Source: Paragordius varius (lineage: Eukaryota > Animalia > Nematomorpha). From it: a DNA stretch of 64,000 nt. The position numbers were made by a program, and so were the translations under genes. Under the pieces are notes generated by a model. It did not search any database, had not been told where the DNA came from, and worked only from the letters and a program-made list of their open reading frames with translations. Below are positions 27,494-41,257 of the stretch, piece by piece (position 1 is the first letter of the stretch; each line of letters opens with the position of its first letter). The stretch is from assembly GCA_964247055.1 (NCBI GenBank), contig OZ176054.1, forward strand, positions 1,798,001 through 1,862,000. The letters are read 5' to 3'.

Positions 27494-30400
27494 AAAATTA
27501 AAATCAAGCGTTAAATATTACTGTGATATCTGAGCAGACGGTAACTCTTTTTTAAAAATTTGTAGAGCAGGGTACAAATTAAATAATTTCATTTTTTTCT
27601 TCAAATAACTTTTATAGATCAATCTGTGGAACTCCCAATTACATAGCACCTGAGATTTTGGCCAAAAAAGAACACGGCTTTCCAGCTGATATTTGGGCCA
27701 TTGGTTGTATCATGTAATTTTTTTATTTTAATTTATTTTACTTTATACTAATTTTAATTTAAGGAAATTGAACCTGGGTTTTCTATTGCTATATATATTT
27801 TTATATATAATCACGTAATTGGTTAAAAACTTTAATTTTTTCCTTTTATAAGCCCATAAAATAGGGGGAATTTAATTTCAATTTAATTTAATTTAATTAT
27901 CTTTCCTCATCTCAACAGCAAAAGAACAAATATCACTATGTATTTTGAAAAAAAAATCAGTTTAAAATATAAATGGTTGTAAAAAATAATTTTTCATGCA
28001 TAAAAATGAATTACAAATTTAATATATCATTTTTTTCATAAACAATTTCACGCATCAAAATTATTATTTTTTGAATTTCCATCACAATTTTTGGGTAAAC
28101 GAACCCTAAAAACATTTTTATTACATGTACGATACAAAATATATTAAGTCACAAAATTTTTATTTTATATTTTATGATTTTAGTTTCTATATATTTTAAC
28201 TGTAATATAAAAAAATGTACGGTTTTTAATTTTTTTATAATTTTAGTGTACTTTTTTTAAAATTATAAAGCTTATAAAAGTATATTGTTTTTTATTAAAT
28301 TTTTGCAAAAATATGATACCGCAATTATGGAGTACCCAAAAAGCCCAATGTAGACATTAATTATTTTAATTTTACCGCTCTGTTTAACTCTAATATATCG
28401 GCATTCCCATTTCTTAAACGTGTAATGAGTTCAAATTAGTGGTTATTTTGAGAACTATTTGTAAAAAAAGAAACACTTTGAATAATTTTTAATTATACTA
28501 TGAGGGGCCTAGACTTACCGACTCTCTTTGTGTTGATATAAAAAATAAAGTTAGGATTTTTAAGCCTAACGCACCATGTTTGTGTTAAATCGACCACCTA
28601 AAAATTTGTAAAAGTTTAAGAATTAAAAATTACCATATTTGGTTGCTTATTTACTTTTGGCATTCCTCGAAACCCCGTTAGTTGTTTAAAATGTAAATAA
28701 CCTAAAATATATGTATTCATACACATATATTGTGTGGTTCTTTTAACATTTACACGTCAAAATTAACATTGTTGTTTGTAAGTTCATATAAATGTGTATA
28801 AAAATATGGTAATGACACACGATATATAAAAAGTAATCACCATTTCGATGAAAATATTAAATTGTTTAAAATTTACACTTTTAATTTCTTACAGTTTTTA
28901 TGACTTTGTAGATAACAAAAGTTCATAACTATAAATAATTCCCTTCAAGTATACACATTAAAACTAATCTTTTATAATTATCTAGACTGTGTTGGACACA
29001 TTATCTGTACTGAATATATATATATATATATAACTGTTATCATAATTTATAATCACTTTTCTTCATCAAAAGTTATTCATTCATATGTATATCTTTAATT
29101 TTCTTATAACACTTAACTGAATCGTTCGTGTTAATATTAACATTATTGTGGCATAAAATCCCTTTCTTAGAACTTTCTTAATGTTATACAAAATGACCTT
29201 TTCTGATTGCCAGGTAAAACAAACTGATTTATATATATTTATATTTATACGTGATCAATTTTATTAAATTTATTTATTTGTATATGAAATATAAATTATA
29301 CGATGTTTTGTGTAAAAATTAATTTATAATATGTAAATTTTATTGCGTTTACATAAGTTACATGGATGGATGGATAATTTATTATTAAACGTTATATGAG
29401 AATGCAAAATGTAGTTAGTTATAAGAATAATGGAAAAATTCAGTAAAGTTTATTAACTCTTACGAGAAACAACCATGTATAAATTTTAATCATAGATGTT
29501 AACAAAGATTTTCGATAAAGCCCTTTTATAAATTTTTAAACCCATTTTAAACATTTTGGTGTAGGTAAAAGGATGGATGAATCATTTATTAGGGCCAAAT
29601 CTAAATAATCTTTATTAACAAGGACATATATTTAAACTGCAAAATTTTACTAGATAGAAAAGTTTCATATGTGTCTTTATTTAAAAGAGCAATAAATTTG
29701 ACTTACATGTGAAATAGGTATGCAATGTTAACTGGTAAACCACCGTTTGAATCTGATAGCTTAGAAGAAACGTACGATCGTATCGCTAAAAATATTTATC
29801 AAATTCCGGCTTCGTTTTCTCAACCTGCCCGAGATTTGGTTAAACGCCTTTTGGCCCCAAGTACACGGAACCGAATAACTTTGAATGAAGTGGTTAGACA
29901 CCCTTACATTCAAAATTCAGAGACGCCTAATTATGGACAATCAAGAAAGACCCCACAACAAAATGAATTTTCCCACATCAAATTATCCTCCACTGGTATA
30001 AATGCTAATGCCCCATCAGTTAATTCAATTGTTGAGGAAGAACAGCGATACAGAAATGGTGCTAGGTAAGGATAATTATTTTTTTGTTTGAATCGCCTTT
30101 AAAGGTTTATGAAAAGATTAACTAATATATGAAATTATTTTGTTCTAGGGACCACTGCAAACGTCATTCAGCCTACATTTTTGACAGTAAACCCGTCAAT
30201 CCAGCATTTAACACAGATCATATCGGTGGATTAATAACTAATGAGCGATATAATATGTTTCGTAATAACAAATCACCAATGCCAATGGCCATTGATGATA
30301 AAGCTCTGCATAATCAATTTACTAAAATTGCACAATATTCACAACCAAGCAATAAATGCAATATAATGATGCCACAAAAACAACACGAAGAAATTAAGAG

Positions 30401-33400
30401 TAGACCACCTTCTAGCATGGGATTGACACAAGGAGTGCAGAAAGAAACGCAAATATTGTATCCAGAACTTGGTGGTGGTGATCTGGTTAAAAACACGGAA
30501 TCCAAAGAAATAATTTCAACTAACCATCTGCTGCAATCAAACAAGGATGTTTGTCCATTTTATGAAAACTGTAATTGCCATCACACCACTACCGCGCTTC
30601 AACATCAAATAGGGATGAATGAACCACACATATCATTGGTCAAACAACAATCTCAGGAGGAAAGAAATGTTAATAGGGGTAAGTAACACAATTCTTAAAG
30701 ATCGAAAAAGTTTGTAAACAATTTTCAATTTTGGCATAATTTGTAATAACGTTTTTCCTGGAATAGATTACATTTATTTTATTTTGTTTATCTTTAATAT
30801 AATACCATACCTATTTTTTAGATATGATACATCCTATCTACGCCCAACCCAAGCGGTACAGTATTGCAATCTGTAATACAGCGGCCATGCTTCAAAATAA
30901 TACCAACAATGATAGAACTGAAATGAAATCTGTCGCTAATCCATCATCAGACAAAGTAAAATTTAGTGTGCCGATCAAATCTGCTACCTGTAACGACATT
31001 AAACAATTTCCAATCGTTTCGAGGTATATAAAAACCGACCGAAAAATTTCTATCTTTTAATAAAAACTATAATGCCCTACAAATACTAATGATAAATTTA
31101 TTTGTTTGTGTATTACAGATACAACGAACCCACAAAAGTTCCAAATAATTATGCTTCTATAATCAACGAGGTATTTACATGTGTTTATCATTTTTTAATC
31201 TTAATGTTATTTATTTTTTAATATTCGACGAAAATGTTTTATGTGTAAGCTTTTTAGTTTGAAAATTAATAAAGCTAACCAAAAATTTACTTATATCATC
31301 TATATAGGATAACTTTGTGTCACAGAATTTTGCGAACTCAAAGAAACGTCCTATATCTGCCATGTTTTCTCCATCCTCAAATTATACTAAAGGAGATGTT
31401 TTCATGCCAAATAGTATATCAGCTACCGGATTAACGAATGGCAAACCATCCTCAACAACACATGTGGTAGGCTTGGCTAATATCATTGAAACCGAAACAG
31501 ATTTGGACACTCAACATTTTCAACAACCGTCATTTTATGATAAAAATATCCAAAGCATCTTACCTAGAAGTAGTCTGATGCGTGAAAGAGCCCGAACATT
31601 TATTAACCCAAATAGTGGCAGGGGTATCGGAAAAAACTCAGCGAATGGTTATTACCCTAATTCGGTTAATAATGGACCAAATATACCGCCAGGGAAAGAA
31701 AGCCGAAATTTTTTGTCCACAGGCTTGGATGCTAAACGGCTTCGAAGTCGCCTTATTAAATGGGTCCATAACGTAAAAACGACAACTGTCCCAAATCCTG
31801 TTGGCGCCATCGATAATGTTAATGGGGATGTTCATTTAATGGCGCATGAGCATGAAGAGTTATTGCAAAATGGCAATTCTACCCCCCAGCAGTCTTCCCA
31901 TATTAAAACAGACATTCTGTCAAATAATTCCCATGCTACAACCAACAAAAAAAGTGGAAAAGATAAGGAGAAGGGCTCAGCTTCTGCTAAACGTTTGTCC
32001 CTCACATCTTTTATGATGTTACGTGGTCGTTCCAAATCTATCGTCGTAACGACATCCAATACTCATCAACATTCGAATTTTGCTAAAATAAAAAACGAAA
32101 ACATAAAAATACCATCTATAGGTTCAATCGCTACTGGACATAATATAGGGTACGATAGGAAGGAAATTAAACAATCGTCTGATTATAACCATAACATGAT
32201 TAATGTTAATAATAATCTTAATAGTAATAAAAAGGATAAAATTGGTGCGTTTTCAACTAATGCATCATTATCTTCAATTTCGATAACAAACAGGCTGCGG
32301 AAACGACTTTCATGCGTATTTCCTTTGGCTGGCCCCACACCAAATCAGCTTATCCATAATCCGAATATCCCAAGTTTTCCAATTGTGAATTCGAATACGC
32401 CTTCTAACGCTACTGAAAATTTAAACCATCAAAATACATCTCCCTTTAACAATCACTACCGTAACGATTATCAAAATTATAATTATATGGCCGCAGAGAA
32501 AGATTCAAACAAACTGGTTCGCTCTGACACAGGATTTTATTCGCAAACTCCTTCGCCGTGTCCCGCTGTATCGTCAAAATCAATCTTGCACAAAGAAAGC
32601 TATGTATCACCGCCCAATAATATAACTCATTCTGATCCTATATACGCTAATACTCACGCCTTGCTAGATTATAACAATCAAAGGAAGGTCATTATGGACC
32701 GAAATGAGAATGCAGCTGATAATAATGGTAATCATCATAATCTTCAAAGGCACGAATCCACAAACACGCACGAACAAAATCGAAGTGGCGGTACAGGTGA
32801 CAGTACAAGGTCCTCTTCCAGTGGAGTCGAATGCCAAACGCCTTCCGCCTCAAGTTCTGTCAACAATCATTTGCAAGTAGCAAATGGCGAAAAATTCGTT
32901 CAGACAGACCATAAACAACAAGAGCCAAACAGATATTTCGAAAATCCAAATTACCCTCACGAACAAGATAAAAACGGTGCTGCATTGCATCGTGACAGAG
33001 AAATGATTCATGAGAGATTTCACGAAAACAAGAAACTGGAATACGAAACAGATTTTGCGACAGCGCCCTTGAAAACAAAACTACAAACCATACTTCACAT
33101 CGTAAATGTGATTATCAGGGAATGTGAACAATCACTATTTAACCATAATGATATATGCGCCGCAAAAAATTTTGTCCAAAATCCCTACAATTGTGAAATC
33201 TCTTTTGAATCTATATTAGGTAACAGTTTTCATATTAATTCATAACTCTTTCTTTAAGGGAGCCTATTCTATAATCTTCGGTTTCATTCTTTTTTTCAAA
33301 TAATGGTTCAAATTTATTACCATTTTTAGAAGTTATTATTATGATACAATCTGGATAAGGTTTCAAAAGATAAAAACAGTATTTGCAGCGAAATTTCTTT

Positions 33401-35649
33401 TAGCAGGCCATATTTAATATATTCAAAAAATCTAAAATCATTAAAAATTTTAAAATAAATTAAAAAATATTTTTAACCACAGTTCTTACCCATAAAGTAT
33501 TTGCCTCAAATAATTAGAAGCATATTCAATTATTTATTATGTTGAAATACAACAACAATTTGATTTTCATTTTGGTTTTATTAGTCTAAGGCGTTCGTAT
33601 CATTCATATATAATCAAAAATATTTTTTTATATATAATAGACCCATCTGTATACTCTTTCACACCCACGGATGATGCACAGCCACACCAGTCCGAAGCAA
33701 TTGAACTCAAATTGAAAAGCAACAATCAGTTAACCGCATATACGATAGCGTGGGTAACTAAATGGGTTGATTATGCCGAGCGATATGGATTTGGATATCA
33801 ACTTTCGGACGGCAGTAGAGGCGTTTTATTCAAAGATAAGGAACGGATCTACGTGGCTGATCAAAAGTTTAATTTTGTTTGTTTTCATTTATGTAGTTAT
33901 CTTTAGATTAGATTATTCAAAACTAAAAGAAATTTCTTTATCCAAATATTTTGAACTTTAACTCCTTGGGGAGTATGTTTTGCAAAGATGTAAAACTTTT
34001 CTTATAAAATTTTGTGTAACTTTTTTGAACTTTTCGTGTCTTTTTCTTATGTTTAAATTTTTTTAAACCATTTCGTAATGTTGCACAATAAAATTGGTTT
34101 AAATTAAAGAAATTGTCTCAACCATTTATGATCAGGAGATTACAGTATGCATTTTAATGGTTGCTTATTTAACACTAAAGTAGGGCGATTTGCAACACAG
34201 TAGTGTATGGAAAAAAGAGTAAAATTACACTCCTGTGTTGCAAATTGCCCTACTATAGTGTGAAATAAGCGACCCTTAAAGTGCATACTGTTTTATAATA
34301 TATATATAAATACTATTTTTAATCGCAATTTATCAAAAACATTGTTTGATAACCTATTTTTCTCTATTTATTTTGTGTGCTTTTAGAATTTGTTTATATG
34401 ACGAATCCAACGCTCTGCGACTCCTCTTACCCCTTAAGAGTAGTGAAGCACTTTTGAGATACCCGCCTCCGGAATTCGCTGATAAATTGAGCGTTTACAT
34501 ACATTTTGCAACTTTTATGGAACGAAATTTGGTCGATAATGGAAGAAAAGCATCTAATAATAATCCCGTAAAAAATTAATCTTATAATCATAAGTGACAC
34601 TAAAATATGATACAATTTTTTAATTTTTTAATCAATATCATATATCGAATTCACATTTGAATCTTTTAAAAATAAATAGTTGTTTTCGGGCTGATATAAC
34701 TCATACTGACATTAAATATTTCTTTATGGCATAGTTTATTATTGTTTTTTGTATGTTAATTTCAAACGAAATTTCATTTTTTCAATATTAAAAATATAGG
34801 TTTTTGATAATCAAAAACACATAATTTATTTTAGGGTAAATTTAAAATGTTCAAAAATGAATTTAAATTGTTCGAGGGTAAATTTACAATGCTAAGGGTA
34901 AATTTGAGTTGTTAATGGTATATATATATATATATATATATATTTAATAAATCGTAATGTTATAACCGATTAGTGATCTTTAATTGATTTTTATACTTAA
35001 TACCTCATTAAATTATATGTAGATTTACGATGATAAAACATTGATAAATTCGAAAAACGATTATCCTAATAAAAACCATCAAGTCCAACATCAGTACGTT
35101 ATATATAAACGATTTACCTCAACACAAACGGATAAAATCAAGTCAGCTAATAACGCGGGAAACTCGAAAGAAAAAAGGTATATTTTGAAATTATTAGAAT
35201 TCAGTAACAATTCACTTTATTCTAAGCATATGAATATTTTGGTTACTACAAATAATCCTTATCGAATGTGAGAAAATAAAATTAAAATACAATGATAAAA
35301 ATATGCTAAATAATATTTTAGATACGATAGCTTATGGATGATACTAAATGATGGTACGTGTCAGCTCAATTTTCTCAGAGATCACATAAAAATGATTTTC
35401 GGTTTTCCGTCTAACAAAACATGTACATTGATGCTTATAGATGGTAAACGAAATCAGTTTTCTATCGATTTACCTATGGCATCATTGGACAAATCTCAGC
35501 AAACCATTTCCACTTTTAAAATTTTACAAAAGCCAATGTCAAAAGTTAATAATGAAAACGATGGCATGTTCCTTTCTTTAATGGGATTTTACGAAAAATT
35601 AAAGATATTTTGCGCCTACCTAAAACTCGATGATGTTTTGGCTTTGTAA
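20998..35649 (+). CDS. PLK: Polo-like kinase (PLK1-3 group, PLK2/3-like polo box), 14 exons, ~1734 aa: 20998-21639, 24979-25086, 25691-25807, 26992-27209, 27618-27713, 29718-30065, 30149-30678, 30822-31023, 31119-31170, 31308-33219, 33641-33866, 34387-34567, 35023-35267, 35322-35649
   Basis: Kinase motifs LGK|[44 protein letters not shown]. Polo box 1 [27 protein letters not shown]; polo box 2 [15 protein letters not shown], with the His/Lys phospho-pincer. All junctions are GT-AG and phase-consistent; total 5205 nt is divisible by 3. The exon 4 and exon 12 donors are slightly uncertain. Confidence 0.92.
24352..24929 (+). mobile_element. Family A piggyBac-like MITE in PLK intron 1
   Basis: TTAA-CACTTCGATTCAAATTGGGGTA ... 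ATACCCCAATTTGATTCGAAGG..TGTATCCAAGTG-TTAA (reading ACTACCCC at the inner repeat); it ends 49 nt upstream of exon 2. Confidence 0.9.
26338..26833 (+). mobile_element. Family A piggyBac-like MITE in PLK intron 3
   Basis: TTAA-CACTTTGATTCAAATTGGGG ... AAGTG-TTAA with a homologous interior. Confidence 0.85.
27445..27491. repeat. (TA)n microsatellite in PLK intron 4
   Basis: Perfect TA run of ~47 bp. Confidence 0.95.
34142..34291. mobile_element. 150-bp fold-back (hairpin) MITE, Tc1/mariner-like CAGT termini, in PLK intron 11
   Basis: 66-bp inverted arms (34142-34207 / 34226-34291) with 7 mismatches and an 18-nt loop; the left end reads TA-CAGTATGC. Confidence 0.8.
34833..34920. mobile_element. 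Right end of a family B2 MITE in PLK intron 12
   Basis: AGGGTAAATTT..TTGTT units ending in AATGG-TA, followed by a (TA)n run. Confidence 0.6.
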
Positions 35650-38291
35650 TTTTTTAAACTTTTATGATATAAAAGTAAAGGTTACGGTACAAAACTCAGA
35701 ACAAAAAACAGCAAATACAAATTACTCAAATGCTATCTCTATCTTCCATTTTTTTTAAAAATGACACGCAACTATGCATTTTCAAATACAAATATATTAC
35801 TAATCTCTTTATTAAACATATTTGATACTTTTTCTACCTCATTTGGGGGGCTACTATTTTATAGAATTATATTATATTATAAACGTATATGATACATTCA
35901 TTAATCTCGCATATAAAGGTGCATTTATCATTAAAAATGTTGGTTATTAATCCATTTATACATATACTACTTTGTATATCATATTTTAAGGTAGATTTTA
36001 TCAAAATAACAATTAATTATATGAACGCACCTAAGTATTATTTTTAACTAATTATTTCATTGTTTTATTACATAATTTTTTGGACTTTTAATTATTTTTT
36101 AACATTTGTAATGTAATAATATTTTATGACTTATGAATGTGATTAATTGGAATTCTATTTTTCCGATACTAATAAAGACGATTATGACACCAATTCCAAA
36201 CTTTTATATTTGATTTTGCATTCATACCACATAACCATATGCAAAACTGCACATTTTTGTAATATATATGCAAAGTATCCGTTTGTAATACTTTTTATCA
36301 GCTCCGGCAATAATAATAAATTTTTTATCTATTCTTGGCTCAAATTTAGTCGGGTACTTAATATGAATTGATTTTTTCGTTTGTTTTTAAATCTGATTGA
36401 TTAATTAATTAAACCTAATTTATCATCCTTAGAGGGATTTCGGAGTTACCAAACAACCTCATGATAAGTGCTGGAAAGCATTCTAAAAAAACTAACAATA
36501 CAATCAATAAAAAAAGAAAGCGTTTTACCAATTAAACTTTATTTATTATATTATACATCGATTAATACTTAGGGTGTGCGAAAAAACCGGTTCAATTGTT
36601 GGTTAGAACACTGTTTCTAAGACAGCTTTTTAGGAAAGGTCTATGATGCACACGGATCATCCAGTCAGAGCCTAATTAAAAATCACTCAATTTGTAATTC
36701 ACGCGTTTGTGAGGTTTTAATAATTTTTTCTAGTCTACCACTTCTCCAAAAATATAGCTTTAAAGTAATTTTAGAGAATCCAAACGTAAAAAACTATTTT
36801 TAGATAGTGAGGGCTTATTGAGGCTAATCCAAAAATTATCCGACGATATAATAAATTTTTTAAATCTCAAATGGTTTATTAAGTTTTTCGGAAAAATGAT
36901 ATATAGTTTATTCTTAATTCTCTTGTTAAAATAATAAATAATACAACAAATAAATATTTAAAATTGATTTTTTAAAGTCTAGGAGTTATACTAAATTTAA
37001 AGCATAGATCGCGAGTATACAAATCAAATTTAACTTATAATCATTAACATTCCTATTCAAAATTTTTGCCTTGTTGAACTTTTATTCTAAAATGGGCTGT
37101 TTTTTTTTAAAAAAATTATAGTTTATACATTTAAGTTTCGTTTTTGAACAATTTTGGTTATGCTGATCGTACTGATGAGTGCTAACAATCACAAAACTAG
37201 TCTGCGATTACTATTGACGAAAGGGTTTCACATATCATTTATAATTTCTATTTATACTTTCATTTAGTTCTACTTAATTATCCTTTATCGTTATATTACG
37301 GATTCAACTGTTATTACAAAACATAACCAATCCGTTATTTACCATTATAAAGAGTTTTTTTGTTCATGAATATCCGCTTTACAAGCGCAATCTTTTTTAA
37401 TATTTTAATGCTTATTTGACGTTTATGATATTCATACTGTGCCCCTTACAACTATGATATCTGATTGGTGTTAATTTGTAGTAATCGGCTAGTAAATATT
37501 TAAACAAAGCATAAACATTAAACGATACGAGCGCATCTATTTATATAATATAAATATCACAATTGGTTATATAGAAAAAAGGATACTGATTTAGTTTAGT
37601 AAATACGGCACAATTAATTTTTAGTATAACTTTAAAATGGACAAAATATTGGTGTATTAAATAAAGTAAATGTTAAATATATGAACAAATTAAGCGGATA
37701 TTATTGAGGCATGAAAAAAACAACGGGTTCATTTCTATTTTGATTCTAAAACATATCAATCACATTTTTATAAATTATATGAATAAATTAGGAAAATATT
37801 TGGAAAAATGTTGCACGATCAATAATAATAAAAATGAGTTAAGGACAAACATATAGTAAAAATTCAATTATACGGACAAAACGTAAAAATATAAAGACAA
37901 ATATTTTTTTAAACACGAGAACCATACTTTTTCAAACCTTAATTTTTCCTATAAAAACTATAGTATAAAATATATAATTGATTGTGTTACATAATGTACA
38001 CTATTTTACACTTTAATCAAGATTAGATAAAGTATGTTTGTCTTTTACATAAAAATATTTGTCTTTACATTTTTATGTTTTGTCCGTATAATTAATTGCC
38101 TTTTTACTGTATATTGACTACAAAAATGACATGGATTTTAACGGGACACGCGTTTGCACTAAAAAGAACAATTACCAAATTGTTATAAACTTGTGTGGAA
38201 TGTCTCAAATGTCAAATAAAATATAGGTTATATAAATTAAATATTTTATGATAAATGCTATATTATTCACACCACTAGGCGATACGATATG

Positions 38292-39092
38292 TTATTGGTG
38301 TCGAAATAAACTGTTAAATTCAGGGGACGTATTAGTTGAAGAAACATTATAATTTTTCATCGAGTAATGATATGACGCAGGGGGATGTTTGGTTTGATTT
38401 GAATGATTCTTTTTGGCTTCATTTAATTTAAAGGCGGCGTCGTTTGGCTTTTTATAACTTTTTATGCTCTGTGATGTCGATTTTTGAGGTTGACCTTTTG
38501 TAGAAACATTTTTGAAAGTTCGTTTATCACTGCTTGCTTCTATATCTTTCGGTACAAACGTCGGATCATGTAGAAAAGCCATGGTATTATTGGTTTGATC
38601 AGAAAAATTTGTTGTTAATCTTTTACCTATTAGAGAATCATGTGGGCTACTTGGGGTAACATTGAATAATAAATTATAGCATTCGGATAAAACGTGTATA
38701 GTTTCACGAGCACTAGCTTTTAACAAAAGTAAATCATGATCCATCATTGCAATGTTTGATTTGTTGGGAATAGTTGATAAAGCTGGAGTTTTATCATCAA
38801 TTATATTATTACAATCATTTAGGGGTAATAAATTTAAAACAACATTTTTGCTATCATTTGGTAAGTGTTTAAACTGACAAGATTTTACATTCCGTTTAGA
38901 ATCAATCAGTTCCCCACCACCTTTAAACACGGGTGACATGGTAGAAGGCAACAAAGGAGTTGATTTATCAATATTATTCGAACAAGATTGTGGATCTTTG
39001 GGTAAATCTTTCCTGTTATTGCTTCTGTTTTTATTGTTATTATTAAAGACTGTGGATGTGGAAATGTTAATATGATTGGATTTGGGTGTATT
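38292..39092 (-). CDS. Terminal exon of the ORP9/10/11-like gene (middle helical region; no lipid-binding ORD seen)
   Basis: The frame is open from the acceptor TTCTAG| at 39092 (phase 0) to the stop at 38292. It contains DHDLLLLKASARETIHVLSECYNLL, resembling the DQDLLMLKATS..MNCLNDCFHIL segment of OSBPL10/11 (from memory). Confidence 0.7.
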   Translation of the reverse strand, partial: NTPKSNHINISTSTVFNNNNKNRSNNRKDLPKDPQSCSNNIDKSTPLLPSTMSPVFKGGGELIDSKRNVKSCQFKHLPNDSKNVVLNLLPLNDCNNIIDDKTPALSTIPNKSNIAMMDHDLLLLKASARETIHVLSECYNLLFNVTPSSPHDSLIGKRLTTNFSDQTNNTMAFLHDPTFVPKDIEASSDKRTFKNVSTKGQPQKSTSQSIKSYKKPNDAAFKLNEAKKNHSNQTKHPPASYHYSMKNYNVSSTNTSPEFNSLFRHQ

Positions 39093-41257
39093 CTAGAATT
39101 AAATTATATAAAAAAGTATATTTGTGCCTTTAATAAGCATCCTTGGTGTAATTTATATTAAAATAGCTTGGATAACATGATAACACAATCCTTCACGAGT
39201 ATTGATATTTGTTAATGGGTAATTTAAAAAAATAATTCATAATATTTATTAATCTACTTAATTAAAATTTTCCGAATTTAATTGGTGAAATTAAACCGTT
39301 TATTTAAATAGCTAAAATTATTTTGTTGCTCAATATATATATGTATATATATCGCTCCGTAATTAAGTTAAAAAAGTAAATAATAAACGAAAAACTAGTT
39401 GATATTAATGAATATAGACTAATTAGAGGCCTTTTAAATTTGCGATTTGTACTAAATGGGGTTGGTTTTAATTTATTGTATTTTGAATTAAAAAAAGGCG
39501 AAAATTAGGGTATCCTACGGATTTAAAAAGGAATCTCAAAGTCTAGGGCCTGTTTAAATATTATAAGTTATTTAAATATAAAGGGTTGCCTCTGTTTGCC
39601 CCAGATATTGTAATTGATGAGTTTTACTAATCATAAAAATAAAAAAAAAATCTTTAAAACTTTTAACCAAGGGTAAAAATTATCTACTGATATTTTATTT
39701 GACATTTGATTAATTTTTTAAAGATAAATTTTAGTAACAGTGTTGATAGAAAAGTGTGTTTAAATGCTTTTTTCTGTTTAATATTTTTTAAATCCAACGT
39801 ATGGGTTTTTTAAACAAGTTTACGCAATAGAATAATATCGGTGTATAATCATAATTTTAATTTTAGAAAAAATAAAAATTAAAAAAAAAACTTACATTAA
39901 TTAAATTATAAATGTCAGTGTAATGGTTTTGTGTATTCCTTAATACTTCCCGAACCACCTTGAAATGATTTTGATCTAAATTTCTAAAACATAATATATA
40001 TATATATATATACCCCTCAAGCAAAAGGGTGAATATATACAATGGATTTAAAAAATTTAATATATGCCCAAAAAGCATGGCTTAAAACAATGGTAACCGT
40101 GGACTAAAAATACTTTTTATGGCCTTAAATTATTTATTAAGTTTTTGATATATACCATTTACAACATTTCGAGTTGGTTTTTTAACAATTTTATTTTGTT
40201 TTCAACTTTAAAGTTGATAGCGATTCATAAGTTTAAGTCAAATAAATATAGATTAAAAAGATAGGATAATGAAATGGAAATTAAATTACAATATATTTTT
40301 ATTAATCTTATATTAAATATAATATAAAAATTTTGTGGATTGTTAATTGTAATTTTCCATTTATAATTTAAAAAATTGTCAAATTGAAAAAATAGTTCGA
40401 AAAAGGCTTTTTTGAATTAAAAATATAATTTTAAATGAAATATTAGTAAGAATTAAGGATATTTGGTTAAAAGATAAAAAATAGATAACATATACAATTA
40501 TAGTTATATGCAAACTAAAAAAACATGGACCAATTTAAGTGCTTAGTTGAAGTTTTCAAAGACCAACTTAAAGAGTTAAACACTTGTAAAATACAAATAG
40601 CTCTAAAAATATTATAGTGAAAACATGATAAGTATTTATTGCGCCTTTAAAATTTTTTTAATTACTGGTGGCTTCAATAAAAATAATTTATAAAATTATA
40701 TATTGTTTTAACTCACTAAATTCCAATATTTCCGTATTAAGCTAAAAGAATTAAAAATTGCCATCTTAGATGTACGCTAAGAAAATCGTTTAAAAACAGA
40801 CCACCGGAAAAATTAAAAAGTTGTTTCAAATTTTCAAAAATTACACTTGCTTAAAACGGATTGATATGATATGGAATAATACGATGAAAAATTATGGTTA
40901 TCCATAAAAAACAATTCTATTTCGAAATTATATTTCCGTCGTATAAGGGTTGGGTTGTGTTTTTAAAAGGCCAAAATGATAATAAACAGTCAAATACAAA
41001 AATAATTATAAGTTTAAAAATAAAACGAAAATAAGGTAAAAATATGTTTTTATTAGAGAGTCTCAGATAAAAATGATAAAATAATCAGATACCAGATTTT
41101 TTATGTAACTCCATTATATTTAAAAATCCCTAAAAGCAGGACCATTAAAAAATTATTTTTAATTTTAAAATATCTAATTAAACGCTCCTTTATCTTAGTA
41201 TAAGTTATGGGCTCATATGCTCTCAGTCATGTGACATAAATCATTTTCAGGAAAAAA

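Noticed and set aside
35204-35225. 20-nt GTATATTTTGAAATTATTAG near 35180-35200 in PLK exon 13, resembling the ultra-short introns
   Set aside because: Splicing it gives an immediate stop (AGA ATT CAG TAA), whereas read-through stays in frame with polo box 2.
39093-39225. Possible extra ORP exon with a GC donor (ILVKDCVIMLSKL...QGCLLK)
   Set aside because: An in-frame TAA lies in the middle and there is no suitable acceptor.
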